Assembly (NCBI GenBank): GCA_964367745.1
Contig: CAYIYK010000003.1
Span: forward strand, 10,248-74,247
Direction: 5' to 3'
DNA: 64,000 nucleotides
DNA from: an uncultured Candidatus Saccharibacteria bacterium
GTDB taxonomy: Bacteria; Patescibacteriota; Minisyncoccia; Phycocordibacterales; PALSA-1337
Part shown: positions 29,697 through 38,992 of the stretch, one piece after another
Layout of the letters: the number at the start of each line of letters is the position of its first letter
Position numbering within the stretch: the first letter of the stretch is position 1
Notes under the pieces: generated by a model
What the model was told of the DNA's origin: nothing
The model's input: only the letters and a program-made list of their open reading frames with translations
Database searches by the model: none
Position numbers and translations under genes: made by a program

Positions 29697-30680
29697 CTAG
29701 CTAATATGCAGTATTTTTCGTAAAAATGCAAATCTATTTGAATACTTTATTATGTATATTATTTTAACCAAGATTGGTGATAGTGATACGCGCGCTTTAA
29801 GATAAATATTCTTCGGAATTTCTATATCTTTTGATAATGTATCCTTCCTTGCAACCAAACGTATATGGTGGGTATTCAATCCATCTTGTTTTTGCTTCTT
29901 TATTTGTTCTTGCTTTTTACCTTCATCAACATCCATATAGACGATTACGAAACCTGCTTTTTTACACATTAAAGAAAGTGTCTCTGGTGTAAACATATAG
30001 ACATGGTCAATCTGCACTCCAGACTGAAGCTTCCCCATTCTTCTAACTTGATGTCTCCAGTTTTTCACTGCAAGGAAAATATGACCACCTGGTTCCAGTG
30101 CTTCATGTGACCAATTTAGGAATTTCATTGGATCTAAAAGATGGTTCAAACTTTGAACACAAAGAATATTTTTTACTTTATTCTTAATATCCATATTCAC
30201 ATCTTCAAAAAGCCCGCGAATAGTCTTTACGCCTTTTGATTCTGCATAACCCGATTCTTCAAGCGAAGGTTCAATACCTAGCAGTTCTAGATTTTTCCTA
30301 GATTCCCTCATACCAAAAAGGATTCCACCAGTACTTGAACCAACGTCGATAGTAAGTCCGTCTTTTACATATTTACCCATATAACTGACTATAGCCTTAC
30401 CGAATCTTCTAGCATTCTCGAAGTTCTTCTCTAGATCAGAATTGTATTCACGATTCTTTATACTAGCTCTATCTTGTCTATAAAAAGACATATAGTATTC
30501 ATCATAATCTTTTGCAGTCATACGTGGGTTAATAAAGACTAGACTGCACTTCTTACACATTACTGTATTTGCTTTGAGATTGTTTACACTTCTTTTAACA
30601 ATTATTTTAAAATCATTTCCACCACAAAGATTACATGCGATGTATTCTAAATTCTTTTTATTATAATCAAATCCTTCCAT
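29697..30680 (-). CDS. SAM-dependent methyltransferase with N-terminal Cys4 zinc-ribbon (paralog 1 of 3)
   Basis: The Zn ribbon is C-NLC...CKKC, followed by SAM motif I IDVGSSTGG. The architecture resembles Methyltransf_13/14 sugar C/O-methyltransferases. Confidence 0.65.
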   Translation of the reverse strand: MEGFDYNKKNLEYIACNLCGGNDFKIIVKRSVNNLKANTVMCKKCSLVFINPRMTAKDYDEYYMSFYRQDRASIKNREYNSDLEKNFENARRFGKAIVSYMGKYVKDGLTIDVGSSTGGILFGMRESRKNLELLGIEPSLEESGYAESKGVKTIRGLFEDVNMDIKNKVKNILCVQSLNHLLDPMKFLNWSHEALEPGGHIFLAVKNWRHQVRRMGKLQSGVQIDHVYMFTPETLSLMCKKAGFVIVYMDVDEGKKQEQIKKQKQDGLNTHHIRLVARKDTLSKDIEIPKNIYLKARVSLSPILVKIIYIIKYSNRFAFLRKILHIS

Positions 30681-30681
30681 T

Positions 30682-32040
30682 TTATTTAATTAAATTAATT
30701 ATATAATCTGCAATTCTCTTTCCTGATAAACCGTCTGTATAACTTGTCTGTTCTTTTACCAAGATCTCTCTTTCTTTACTCTTTACTGATGGATCATCAA
30801 GATATTTATTTATTGAATCCAATAACTCTTGTTTGCTATTAACTAGATCGATAGCACCGGTCTTTAATGCATTCTTATAATGCCAAGTTCTATAGTATTG
30901 TACAGGAGATTTCAATAATTTTGGAATTATATTTATTTCAAAATTTATATTTATTACAGGTTTATTAAAAATACTTGCATCGATACTAATACTTGAAGCA
31001 TAGCAAACCAAAACAGACATATGATAAAGAGTATCCTGCAAATGTTCTAGATCTGCTTTATTCATATCCCAATCTACACCTCTTTTTGTACCAAAACGTA
31101 TACCAGGCTTATCATATTTTAGATCTGGTCTCTTTGATATTTCTTCTTCATCAACAAAGTCATTTGGTTGGAATCGGACCAATAATTCACATTCGTATTT
31201 CAATTCATTTGAGTGAATAGTTTTTTGCAAAAGGTCGATTATATCCCAATCTGCAGAACTGAACGCTCTCCCCATTGGAGCGTATACTATCAATTTCTTA
31301 TCACTTGATATTTTTATTTTATTAAAAAATTCTTCTCTTAAAATAGGTTTCCTTGTGTAGAAGAAATCGTATTGTGGCAGACCGCTGATAAAAATATCTT
31401 CCGATTTCATTTCATTCAAATCAATCATCTCCTTTTTTACGATATCGTTAAAAACTATAGCTTTATCAGGTAATAATCTTAAAATGCATCTTGATGTAAC
31501 TTTGTCCCAAGAGTTTATATAGCCTATCGTTTTTATTTTTCTTTTTTTTGCTTCTCTTAAAAGATTGATTTCTATTTCTTCAAATAGATGTGCGGTGAAA
31601 ACAAGATCTGGTGAATATTTATCAAAATATTCACTATATGTATTGTCTTTTATTAAAATAAAATCCAAATATCGTACGATTCTTCTTATCACAGGCCAAG
31701 CCAAAATATAGTTCGATACTTTACCAAAATAGTATCCGAAAAATCTTCCTTCATATTCACTTACCATTTTCCTTTTTAAATCTGTTGTTTCAGTTCTAAG
31801 TAAAGTGAATTTCATCTTTGAGAAAAACCCATCAAACATTGGTACAGATTTTTGCTCGACAAATTCAAATACTATTCTTGGATCATTGAATTCATTTTTA
31901 TAATAATCAACTTTTTGTTGTGATTTTGTAAATAGAACAATTTTAATATCTTTATTTAAAAGAAGATTTTCCAAAATCGGTGTTCGTAGAATATTTTTTA
32001 CTTCTACACCCTCAAAGATTGTTACAAATATTGTCTTCAT
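30682..32040 (-). CDS. Surface-carbohydrate biosynthesis transferase-like protein (paralog 1 of 3; TagB/TagF-like or capsule-synthesis-like GT-B fold, speculative)
   Basis: 452 aa. It shares conserved blocks with ORFs 32037..33365 and 36479..37873, including the N-terminal MKTIF, the GYINSWDKVTS(R/K)(C/G)I block and V/IYAPMGR (reminiscent of the YAPT(W/F)R block of CDP-glycerol glycerophosphotransferases). The function is not established. Confidence 0.45.
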   Translation of the reverse strand: MKTIFVTIFEGVEVKNILRTPILENLLLNKDIKIVLFTKSQQKVDYYKNEFNDPRIVFEFVEQKSVPMFDGFFSKMKFTLLRTETTDLKRKMVSEYEGRFFGYYFGKVSNYILAWPVIRRIVRYLDFILIKDNTYSEYFDKYSPDLVFTAHLFEEIEINLLREAKKRKIKTIGYINSWDKVTSRCILRLLPDKAIVFNDIVKKEMIDLNEMKSEDIFISGLPQYDFFYTRKPILREEFFNKIKISSDKKLIVYAPMGRAFSSADWDIIDLLQKTIHSNELKYECELLVRFQPNDFVDEEEISKRPDLKYDKPGIRFGTKRGVDWDMNKADLEHLQDTLYHMSVLVCYASSISIDASIFNKPVININFEINIIPKLLKSPVQYYRTWHYKNALKTGAIDLVNSKQELLDSINKYLDDPSVKSKEREILVKEQTSYTDGLSGKRIADYIINLIK

Positions 32041-33365
32041 TTATTTATTGATTCTAGTATTGCATTAAAAAGTCTTTCAGTATTTTTGCCATCCAAAAAT
32101 CCAGTTTCCATCTCTGCTAGTTTCTTTCTTTTATCTTTATCCAGACTAGGATTTTTAACGTATTCTTCTACATAGTCTTTAAATTGACGCATAGATTCAG
32201 CCAGCTTCACACCTCCACTCTCTATTACTGGAATAAAATTGTTATAATCATAATATCTTCTTATACTATCAAAATATTCCCTTTTTTCATGTCCGTCAAA
32301 ACCAAAAAGGATTATTGGTTTATCCATATATGCAGAATCCAAAACTAAAGTTGATGGTGAGCTGATAACCAATTCTGACCAGAACAATGTATGAGCAAGA
32401 TGTATATCATCATCTTTATCGATCTCTGTAATTTTTATATTATCAAATTTAGGTTTTGCTCTGTCATACATAACCTTAATATTTGGAAACTTCGGACTAT
32501 TCTCCAATTCTCTAACATAATCTCCAGGTGGAAGTCTGACTAGAAGTTGATAATCATTTGGTAAAGTCTTATCCAAAATATCTACAATATCTCTGTCTAC
32601 AGTATTTTTTCTCAAATATCGATCACCTAGAGGTATAAATAAAGCCAGCTTTTTATTCTGATCACCACCTATTTTTTCTATAAATTCTTTTCTATTTGTA
32701 AATACATTCTTTTTATAATCATCATAGTGTGGAATTCCGACAATAGATATTATTGATTCATTTATTCCTTGAAGATCTTTTGCTTCATCTTTAATGATAT
32801 TGTTCCAAACAAAAAGTCTATTCGGAATCGTTCGAATGATACCTTTTGAAGTAAGATTGTCCCAAGAACGAACCATACCGATAGTCTTTATACCTGAGGA
32901 ATTACCTTCATTTAAAATCGCTATATCGATTTCGCTTTGAATATCGGTAGCGAATACGCAATCAGGTTTATACTGCTCAAATAATTTATCAAATTTTTTA
33001 TTTTTATAACTTACTCTTTCCAAGAATCTTACGAATTTATGCCCGATTTTATTTGATAATAAATAAGTTAAATACATTCCACTCCCTTTCATCTCTGTCT
33101 TCCTTTTTATATAAAGAGTTTTTGTATTTAATGCTGTTAGCGAAAGATACTTTAATAAATTTTCTCTTTTAGCATTTTTAAATTCTATTCCTTCAACAAC
33201 TACCCCATCTCTTTCAAAACTTTCTTTAAAAAAACTCTCTTTATTTTTTGGAGCAATTATTACAACTTTTATTTCATTCTTAACAAAGAGATCCAAAATT
33301 CCAGATGAAAGAATATTTCTTGATATTAGAGGATGGCAACTAGTTATAAAAATTGTCTTTTTCAT
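32037..33365 (-). CDS. Surface-carbohydrate biosynthesis transferase-like protein (paralog 2 of 3)
   Basis: 442 aa and a paralog of 30682..32040. It has the same MKKTIFIT start and the same RSWDNLTSKGI block. The two genes are adjacent and overlap by 4 bp. Confidence 0.45.
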   Translation of the reverse strand: MKKTIFITSCHPLISRNILSSGILDLFVKNEIKVVIIAPKNKESFFKESFERDGVVVEGIEFKNAKRENLLKYLSLTALNTKTLYIKRKTEMKGSGMYLTYLLSNKIGHKFVRFLERVSYKNKKFDKLFEQYKPDCVFATDIQSEIDIAILNEGNSSGIKTIGMVRSWDNLTSKGIIRTIPNRLFVWNNIIKDEAKDLQGINESIISIVGIPHYDDYKKNVFTNRKEFIEKIGGDQNKKLALFIPLGDRYLRKNTVDRDIVDILDKTLPNDYQLLVRLPPGDYVRELENSPKFPNIKVMYDRAKPKFDNIKITEIDKDDDIHLAHTLFWSELVISSPSTLVLDSAYMDKPIILFGFDGHEKREYFDSIRRYYDYNNFIPVIESGGVKLAESMRQFKDYVEEYVKNPSLDKDKRKKLAEMETGFLDGKNTERLFNAILESINK

Positions 33366-34312
33366 TATCTTTTAAGGAATTGCTGTAGACGTACTGTAAG
33401 TAAATATCTTAAATAAATATAATATTTGTTTATTGATAATAAAGTAAAAATATAATTACCCTTACCTATTGTTAAATCCTTGAAGGGGGTTTTATTCAAT
33501 CTTTTAGCCACAATGCGAATATGTACTTTTGGAATTCCCTGCATGACCTTCTTTTTTGTATATTCATTAGCTTCAAAGAAAAGGATTTCGAATCCAGCTG
33601 ATACAATGAAATCTCTCAAAACCTCAGGTGTATACATATAGACATGGTCGATCTTTACACTATTTTCATACTTTCCTGCTTTTTGTAATTGCTGTCGAAA
33701 ATTCATAACTTCAACTACAAGAAGTCCATTATCAAAAAGAGACTCGTGAGCCCATTTGAAAAAATATCTAGGATCCAAATAGTGATTTAAAGCTTGAGTA
33801 CTGACTATAACTGCGAATTTTTCTTTTTTATTATGATCTTCGATTAGAGCATGATAAGTCTTTATTCCTTGAGAATTCGCATAATCTGATTCAATCTTTG
33901 ATGGCTCAAGACCAATTACTTCTCTATTCAAAAATCTTTTCATTCCTTCCAAAACTCCTCCGACACCAGAACCGACTTCCATTATTGAGCCTTTTACTTT
34001 TAGATATGGTGATATAAGCTCACCCAAGAATTTGCCGTGTCCGATGGTTGATTCGAACAATTTCTTACAATCAAAATCTGAACCTGCTTCGCCATTGTTT
34101 ATAGTTTTTTGTCTGTATTCTTCTTCATAATAGAATTTGTAACCAGACTTTGTCATTCTAGGATTTATATAAATAAGCCCGCATTTTTTACAAATAACAG
34201 AATTCAAAGCAAGACCATCAGTGCCTTTTTTTGACAGGATTTTATAATTGTTACTTAAACAGAAACTGCAAGCAATATTCTCCTTTTCAATTGTATTGTA
34301 TGGGAAAGACAT
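33365..34312 (-). CDS. Zn-ribbon SAM-dependent methyltransferase (paralog 2 of 3); ORF extends to 34432 but the homology-supported start is Met at 34312
   Basis: From MSFPYNTIEKENIACSFCLSNNYKIL...CKKCGLIYINPRMT it aligns colinearly with the N-terminus of paralog 1 (MEGFDYNKKNLEYIACNLCGGNDFKII...CKKCSLVFINPRMT). SAM motif I is MEVGSGVGG. Confidence 0.65.
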   Translation of the reverse strand: MSFPYNTIEKENIACSFCLSNNYKILSKKGTDGLALNSVICKKCGLIYINPRMTKSGYKFYYEEEYRQKTINNGEAGSDFDCKKLFESTIGHGKFLGELISPYLKVKGSIMEVGSGVGGVLEGMKRFLNREVIGLEPSKIESDYANSQGIKTYHALIEDHNKKEKFAVIVSTQALNHYLDPRYFFKWAHESLFDNGLLVVEVMNFRQQLQKAGKYENSVKIDHVYMYTPEVLRDFIVSAGFEILFFEANEYTKKKVMQGIPKVHIRIVAKRLNKTPFKDLTIGKGNYIFTLLSINKYYIYLRYLLTVRLQQFLKR

Positions 34313-34383
34313 TTTATGATAAACAAGTATATCACAACAAAATATTGCTTCAATTAAGATTAAATTCTGATATACTGTCTCAA

Positions 34384-35520
34384 ATGGAAATAAAAATCGA
34401 TAAGGTCGCAAATCTAAGTGGCTGGAAATCATATACAGTAGACAATACTAATGATTTTATAACTATAAATGATTGCTTGTGTTGCAAAGGAAAACTAAAA
34501 GTTACAATTCGAAATAAAAATCAAACAGACGATACAAAGATTGATATTGGAACTTGTGTAAATTGTGGTTTTACAACCTATATTAATAAACCAAGTCACA
34601 AATGGATTATCGATTTCTACAATTCAACTTGGAATAAAGAAGAGGGTGAAGAGAATAATTTTGTAAATAAAGATCTACAATCTAGCAAACTAACAATAGC
34701 CCTAGAAAAAATAAATTTCCCAAAGAATGGTTCAATATGTGAAATCGGCACAGGAAGAGGCGGTAACTTTGCTGCGCTTATAAATAATGGTTATAACAAT
34801 CTTATTGGTGTAGAGAATTCAATACACAGAGCTGATACAGTGAGTAAAGCTCTAAATGATGTTCCTATATACACAGGAGGTTTTGAAGAAGAAAAAGTAC
34901 AAAATGCTCTAGCGAAACATGGAAGTTTCGATTTGATATACACTGCTCATGTAATGGAACATATTTATAATCCTGAAGAGACTATTGAACTATGTTCAAA
35001 ACTTCAGAATGAAAATGGTCATTTGATAGTCGCTGTGCCGAACTTCGTAGGTGAACCTAGTATAGGTATTTCTTCTTTCCTTCCCCATTTACATTCTTTT
35101 ACAAAAGAATCGATGATAAGACTTTTGAATAATAAAGGGTATCAAGTTATAGATGATAGTTACACTACAGAGTTTGAATTGTTTCTTATTGCTCAAAAGA
35201 AAAGTAATATTAATAAAAAACTAGATAATAAGACTGATTATATAAAACCTGCTCAAGACAAATTTATTAAAGAATTAAAATTGAATGAAATTCCCCTAAA
35301 TCAGTCTGTATTCTATTTTTTCTCTAAGAAAAATTATTCAGTATCTGGATATAAAATACTAAATAAAATATCAATAATAAAAACAATTCAAGCTATGTTT
35401 TTCAAATTCATTCAAAGAAAAAAAGGTTATAGATCTTTCGTATTTACTTTGATGAATAAAGATAAAAATCAACCAATTGTATTGAATTGGAAGAAATCTA
35501 TTATTCTTTTCTATAAATAA
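34384..35520 (+). CDS. Zn-ribbon SAM-dependent methyltransferase (paralog 3 of 3, divergent orientation, longer C-terminus); six-frame ORF begins at 34231 but likely start is 34384
   Basis: The Cys4 ribbon is CLCC...CVNCGFTTYINKPS and SAM motif I is CEIGTGRGG. The 34231 start would overlap the neighbouring divergent methyltransferase by about 200 bp. Confidence 0.6.
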   Translation: MEIKIDKVANLSGWKSYTVDNTNDFITINDCLCCKGKLKVTIRNKNQTDDTKIDIGTCVNCGFTTYINKPSHKWIIDFYNSTWNKEEGEENNFVNKDLQSSKLTIALEKINFPKNGSICEIGTGRGGNFAALINNGYNNLIGVENSIHRADTVSKALNDVPIYTGGFEEEKVQNALAKHGSFDLIYTAHVMEHIYNPEETIELCSKLQNENGHLIVAVPNFVGEPSIGISSFLPHLHSFTKESMIRLLNNKGYQVIDDSYTTEFELFLIAQKKSNINKKLDNKTDYIKPAQDKFIKELKLNEIPLNQSVFYFFSKKNYSVSGYKILNKISIIKTIQAMFFKFIQRKKGYRSFVFTLMNKDKNQPIVLNWKKSIILFYK

Positions 35521-36471
35521 TTAGAAATTATAGAATTTCGGCTCCTTCTTTATCTTATTTGAAACTGCGATTTTAGCTTCATTAGATAGTCCATTTGTAT
35601 CTAGTGATTTCGGATATTTATATAGTATAGGCCAAACAGATGCTGGAGAAGTGTATACACTTGTATACATGAATCTATTACTTGTCTTTGCATGACCGCC
35701 TCTATGCAAACCGCTTGTATCGCAGAATATTATTGTTCCAGCTTTACCTGTACACACAATTTTGTCTTCATTAGGAATTAAGGAATCCTGGCTTGCACTA
35801 CCTCGTGGTGGCTGTTGTGGTGATATATGTCTCCATTTACCGAAGATATGAGACTTTTTAACATAAATAAAAGGGCCAGCATTGTCATCAACATCATTTA
35901 GATAAAGGAACACTTTTACAAGTTGTTGATCTTCAGGATCTCTGTGCCACTCTTGTGATGCGTAACTTCTCATTCCTTCAGGCATAGGTACGGTCACTTG
36001 GAATCTCCAATCAAAAAACTTCATATACATTTTCATATATGCATTCACTGTTCCGAGAATTTGATTACTCAGACTCATTTTGGTGAGAGGATGTTTTAGA
36101 TCCAATATTCTCTCTCCATTCCAAAGATCGATCAAAAAGAAATTCTTACTTTTCAACTTGTCACCATCCAATAGATTACCTCTAGAGTCGTATCTTTCTT
36201 TAACGTCTTTATCATTCCATCGATTCTGTGCAATCTTCTCCAATTCAGCATATACGTGCTTTGGAAAAAGTTTATCGATATGACTTATTGCAATACCGTC
36301 TCTATTTAGATCTTCGACGATTTTCTTCTGTTCATCTGACAATTTATTTTCACTCTTTTTATAAAGTCTAATACTTGAGATATTTAGTAGAGTCCAGACA
36401 AATCGACTTGCTCTGATGCGATGATAAAAACGTGCGATTATACCTATAACACTTTTTATTATTTTCTTCAT
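35521..36471 (-). CDS. Phytanoyl-CoA dioxygenase (PhyH)-family Fe(II)/2-oxoglutarate-dependent oxygenase
   Basis: 316 aa. The HxD...H facial triad context fits: WHRD and GLHRGGHA. The protein size matches PhyH-like hydroxylases. Confidence 0.6.
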   Translation of the reverse strand: MKKIIKSVIGIIARFYHRIRASRFVWTLLNISSIRLYKKSENKLSDEQKKIVEDLNRDGIAISHIDKLFPKHVYAELEKIAQNRWNDKDVKERYDSRGNLLDGDKLKSKNFFLIDLWNGERILDLKHPLTKMSLSNQILGTVNAYMKMYMKFFDWRFQVTVPMPEGMRSYASQEWHRDPEDQQLVKVFLYLNDVDDNAGPFIYVKKSHIFGKWRHISPQQPPRGSASQDSLIPNEDKIVCTGKAGTIIFCDTSGLHRGGHAKTSNRFMYTSVYTSPASVWPILYKYPKSLDTNGLSNEAKIAVSNKIKKEPKFYNF

Positions 36472-36478
36472 AAATAAA

Positions 36479-37828
36479 TTAAATAATTTTTCCTAAAAAA
36501 TCGACATTTCTCTTATAAGACAAACCGTCTCTAAAGAAAATAAAATCATTGAATACTTTCTCTTGTTGCTTCTTTTTTACATCGTGATTTTTCAAACAAA
36601 TATTAACATGTTCAACGATATTATCGAAACTCTTTGAGAGAAAAACTGCATCAGCATCTACTATAGGTTTATAGTGACGGAAATTGTATGCTCTATGATA
36701 CTTTTCTGGATAATCTATATTTACAACTGGTTTTCCGAAGATAAAAGATTCAAGGGTCATTGTTGAAACGTAGTTTATAACTACATCAGAATATTTTAGA
36801 GTTAATTTTAGATTCAAAATATCATCTTCATGTATTTCAATTCTTGTACCCATTTCTTGTGAAAGTAACTTGCCTGGATATTCAACATGGAGATTTGGAA
36901 TTTTACTATCAATATATACTTTGAACTTATCAAACTCTTCTTTTGGATGCATTCGCACTAGAATATTGGGTTTACCATCGAATTTGCCTTGATCACGAGC
37001 TTTCAATAGTTCACCAAGAAGAATATCTTCATCAGGGTAATTCCCCTTTGTAACTGTAGTTATAAGTATTGTTTTTTCTTTTGGATTCAATCCTTTACTC
37101 AAAAGGAACGCTTCTCTAGACTGTTCACTTGGATTGTTTACAGAATAAGAGTCGAAACGCATTGTACCTGAGACAAATACATTATCTTCTGAATATCCAT
37201 ATTCTTTAACTGCGGTATTTTTTATTATTTTATTCCAAACGATTAGATAATCTGGTCTTCTAAAATGCATTCCTCCATTGTGAAGATTGTCCCAACTGAA
37301 GTTTACTGCAGCAGTCTTTATACCAAACTTCTTAGCATATATTATTGCTTCAGCATCAGGATGACTGAAGCCAGGAGTTGCTGTTAGAAACATAACTGGG
37401 TTGTATTCTTTAATCTTTTCTTCAAGAGCCTTTGATCTTGGTATAAAAATTTTCTCAAGTTTAGTAAATAAATCATTTGTCCAAAAAGATGCAGGGGCAA
37501 TGTAAGAAAAATACTTCAAAAATCTTCTTCTCCAATCCTTCATCCCCTTTTCTTTATTTCTTACAACCACTGGTTCAAAATCGTATTTACGGATTATTGA
37601 ATATCTAAAATATTTACCAAATAGATTCCAAAATCCTGGATTTTGTAATTTCCAAGGAACATAAGTCACATTTTCTGATTTAAAATATGGTTTATTATCT
37701 TCACAAAAAGCTTGTGGGGACATAAATACGACTACTTTGTATTTTGTTGATAAATACTTTATATAATCTGTACGCAAAAAATCTGATGAGTAAACAAAGT
37801 TCGAAATAAAAAGAAATATTGTTTTCAT
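36479..37828 (-). CDS. Surface-carbohydrate biosynthesis transferase-like protein (paralog 3 of 3); ORF extends to 37873, paralog-supported start MKTIF at 37828
   Basis: It shares the MKTIFLFIS start, the NFSWDNLHNGG block and the (I/V)W/FN motif with the other two paralogs. Confidence 0.45.
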   Translation of the reverse strand: MKTIFLFISNFVYSSDFLRTDYIKYLSTKYKVVVFMSPQAFCEDNKPYFKSENVTYVPWKLQNPGFWNLFGKYFRYSIIRKYDFEPVVVRNKEKGMKDWRRRFLKYFSYIAPASFWTNDLFTKLEKIFIPRSKALEEKIKEYNPVMFLTATPGFSHPDAEAIIYAKKFGIKTAAVNFSWDNLHNGGMHFRRPDYLIVWNKIIKNTAVKEYGYSEDNVFVSGTMRFDSYSVNNPSEQSREAFLLSKGLNPKEKTILITTVTKGNYPDEDILLGELLKARDQGKFDGKPNILVRMHPKEEFDKFKVYIDSKIPNLHVEYPGKLLSQEMGTRIEIHEDDILNLKLTLKYSDVVINYVSTMTLESFIFGKPVVNIDYPEKYHRAYNFRHYKPIVDADAVFLSKSFDNIVEHVNICLKNHDVKKKQQEKVFNDFIFFRDGLSYKRNVDFLGKII

Positions 37829-37873
37829 AGAAAGGTATTGTAGCATATATGTTATAATCCTTATTATTACCAC

Positions 37874-38992
37874 ATGAAAAAGCCTATTCTGCTACTCTGG
37901 ATAATTTCATCATGGATTCTCTATCCTTTTTTTAGTCTATCTTCAAAAATTAAGAGTAAGAAACTAGGTAAAAAGAAAAGGATACTTGTATTACCTCAGC
38001 TTTCTAGAATTGGGGACATCGTCTGTTCTACAGGCGTATTTTATAACATAAAAAAATCATATCCTGATAGTTATGTATCTGTACTAGTATCAAAGAGAGC
38101 ATTTGGAATTATAAAAAACAATAAAAGAATCGATAATTTTATTATTTATGAAGACTATTCTTTTTTTGGTTTAATAAATAAAATTAAATCAGAGAATTTT
38201 AACTATTCAATAAACCTCACAGCAACATCAATAAATACATGTTTAACACTTTGGAGTTGTATAGATCACAGAATAAAGACTGTGGTAGAAAATCCCCCGA
38301 TTACTGAGAGACTAACTGATTGTATGTCTAATCATCGATTGTTATACAAGAATCATACGTATTTACCGCTTCATCATATAAAGTTGTTGAATTTTATTGG
38401 AATAAATAATCCTGAAGATAAAAAAGAAATCTGGCTAAGTGATACAGCAGAAATAAAAGCGAATGATTTTGTTAAAAATCTTGGAGAAAATAAGAAAATA
38501 ATTGGAATAAGTATAACCGCAGGAAATAAAATAAAAGAACTCGGTGATGAGAGATTTGAAAAATTAATAAATAAACTATTAGAAAATAAAGAAAATATTG
38601 TTTGTTGTATAGGATCAAAAAACGATTCAGAAAGAATAGATAAAATAATATCAAGCGTAAATAATCCTCGTTTCATTAAAGCAACAGATTTTAACTTGGA
38701 AGAGTTACCATCTCTTATGAAAAGATTCTCACTTTATATAGCAGTTGATACAGGCCCTATTTATATCGCACATGCTCTGGGAGTACCTCTAATAGACATA
38801 ATAGGTCCAGTAGATCCGGATGAACAACCACCAAAAGACAGTAAGAGTATACGAATTCTTCCTAGAGGAGATATTAAGCCTAGTTCATTTGTATTTAAGA
38901 GACGTGGAACTCAAGATGAAATCATCTCAGCAATACAAAATACTGATATAAACGATATCTATAAAGCAGCAAGTATACTATTGAGTAAGTAG
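37874..38992 (+). CDS. Glycosyltransferase family 9 (heptosyltransferase-like)
   Basis: 372 aa. The N-terminal ILVLPQLSRIGDIVCSTGVFYNIKKSYPDSYVSVL and the C-terminal VDTGPIYIAHALGVPLIDIIGP match GT9 signature regions. Confidence 0.6.
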   Translation: MKKPILLLWIISSWILYPFFSLSSKIKSKKLGKKKRILVLPQLSRIGDIVCSTGVFYNIKKSYPDSYVSVLVSKRAFGIIKNNKRIDNFIIYEDYSFFGLINKIKSENFNYSINLTATSINTCLTLWSCIDHRIKTVVENPPITERLTDCMSNHRLLYKNHTYLPLHHIKLLNFIGINNPEDKKEIWLSDTAEIKANDFVKNLGENKKIIGISITAGNKIKELGDERFEKLINKLLENKENIVCCIGSKNDSERIDKIISSVNNPRFIKATDFNLEELPSLMKRFSLYIAVDTGPIYIAHALGVPLIDIIGPVDPDEQPPKDSKSIRILPRGDIKPSSFVFKRRGTQDEIISAIQNTDINDIYKAASILLSK

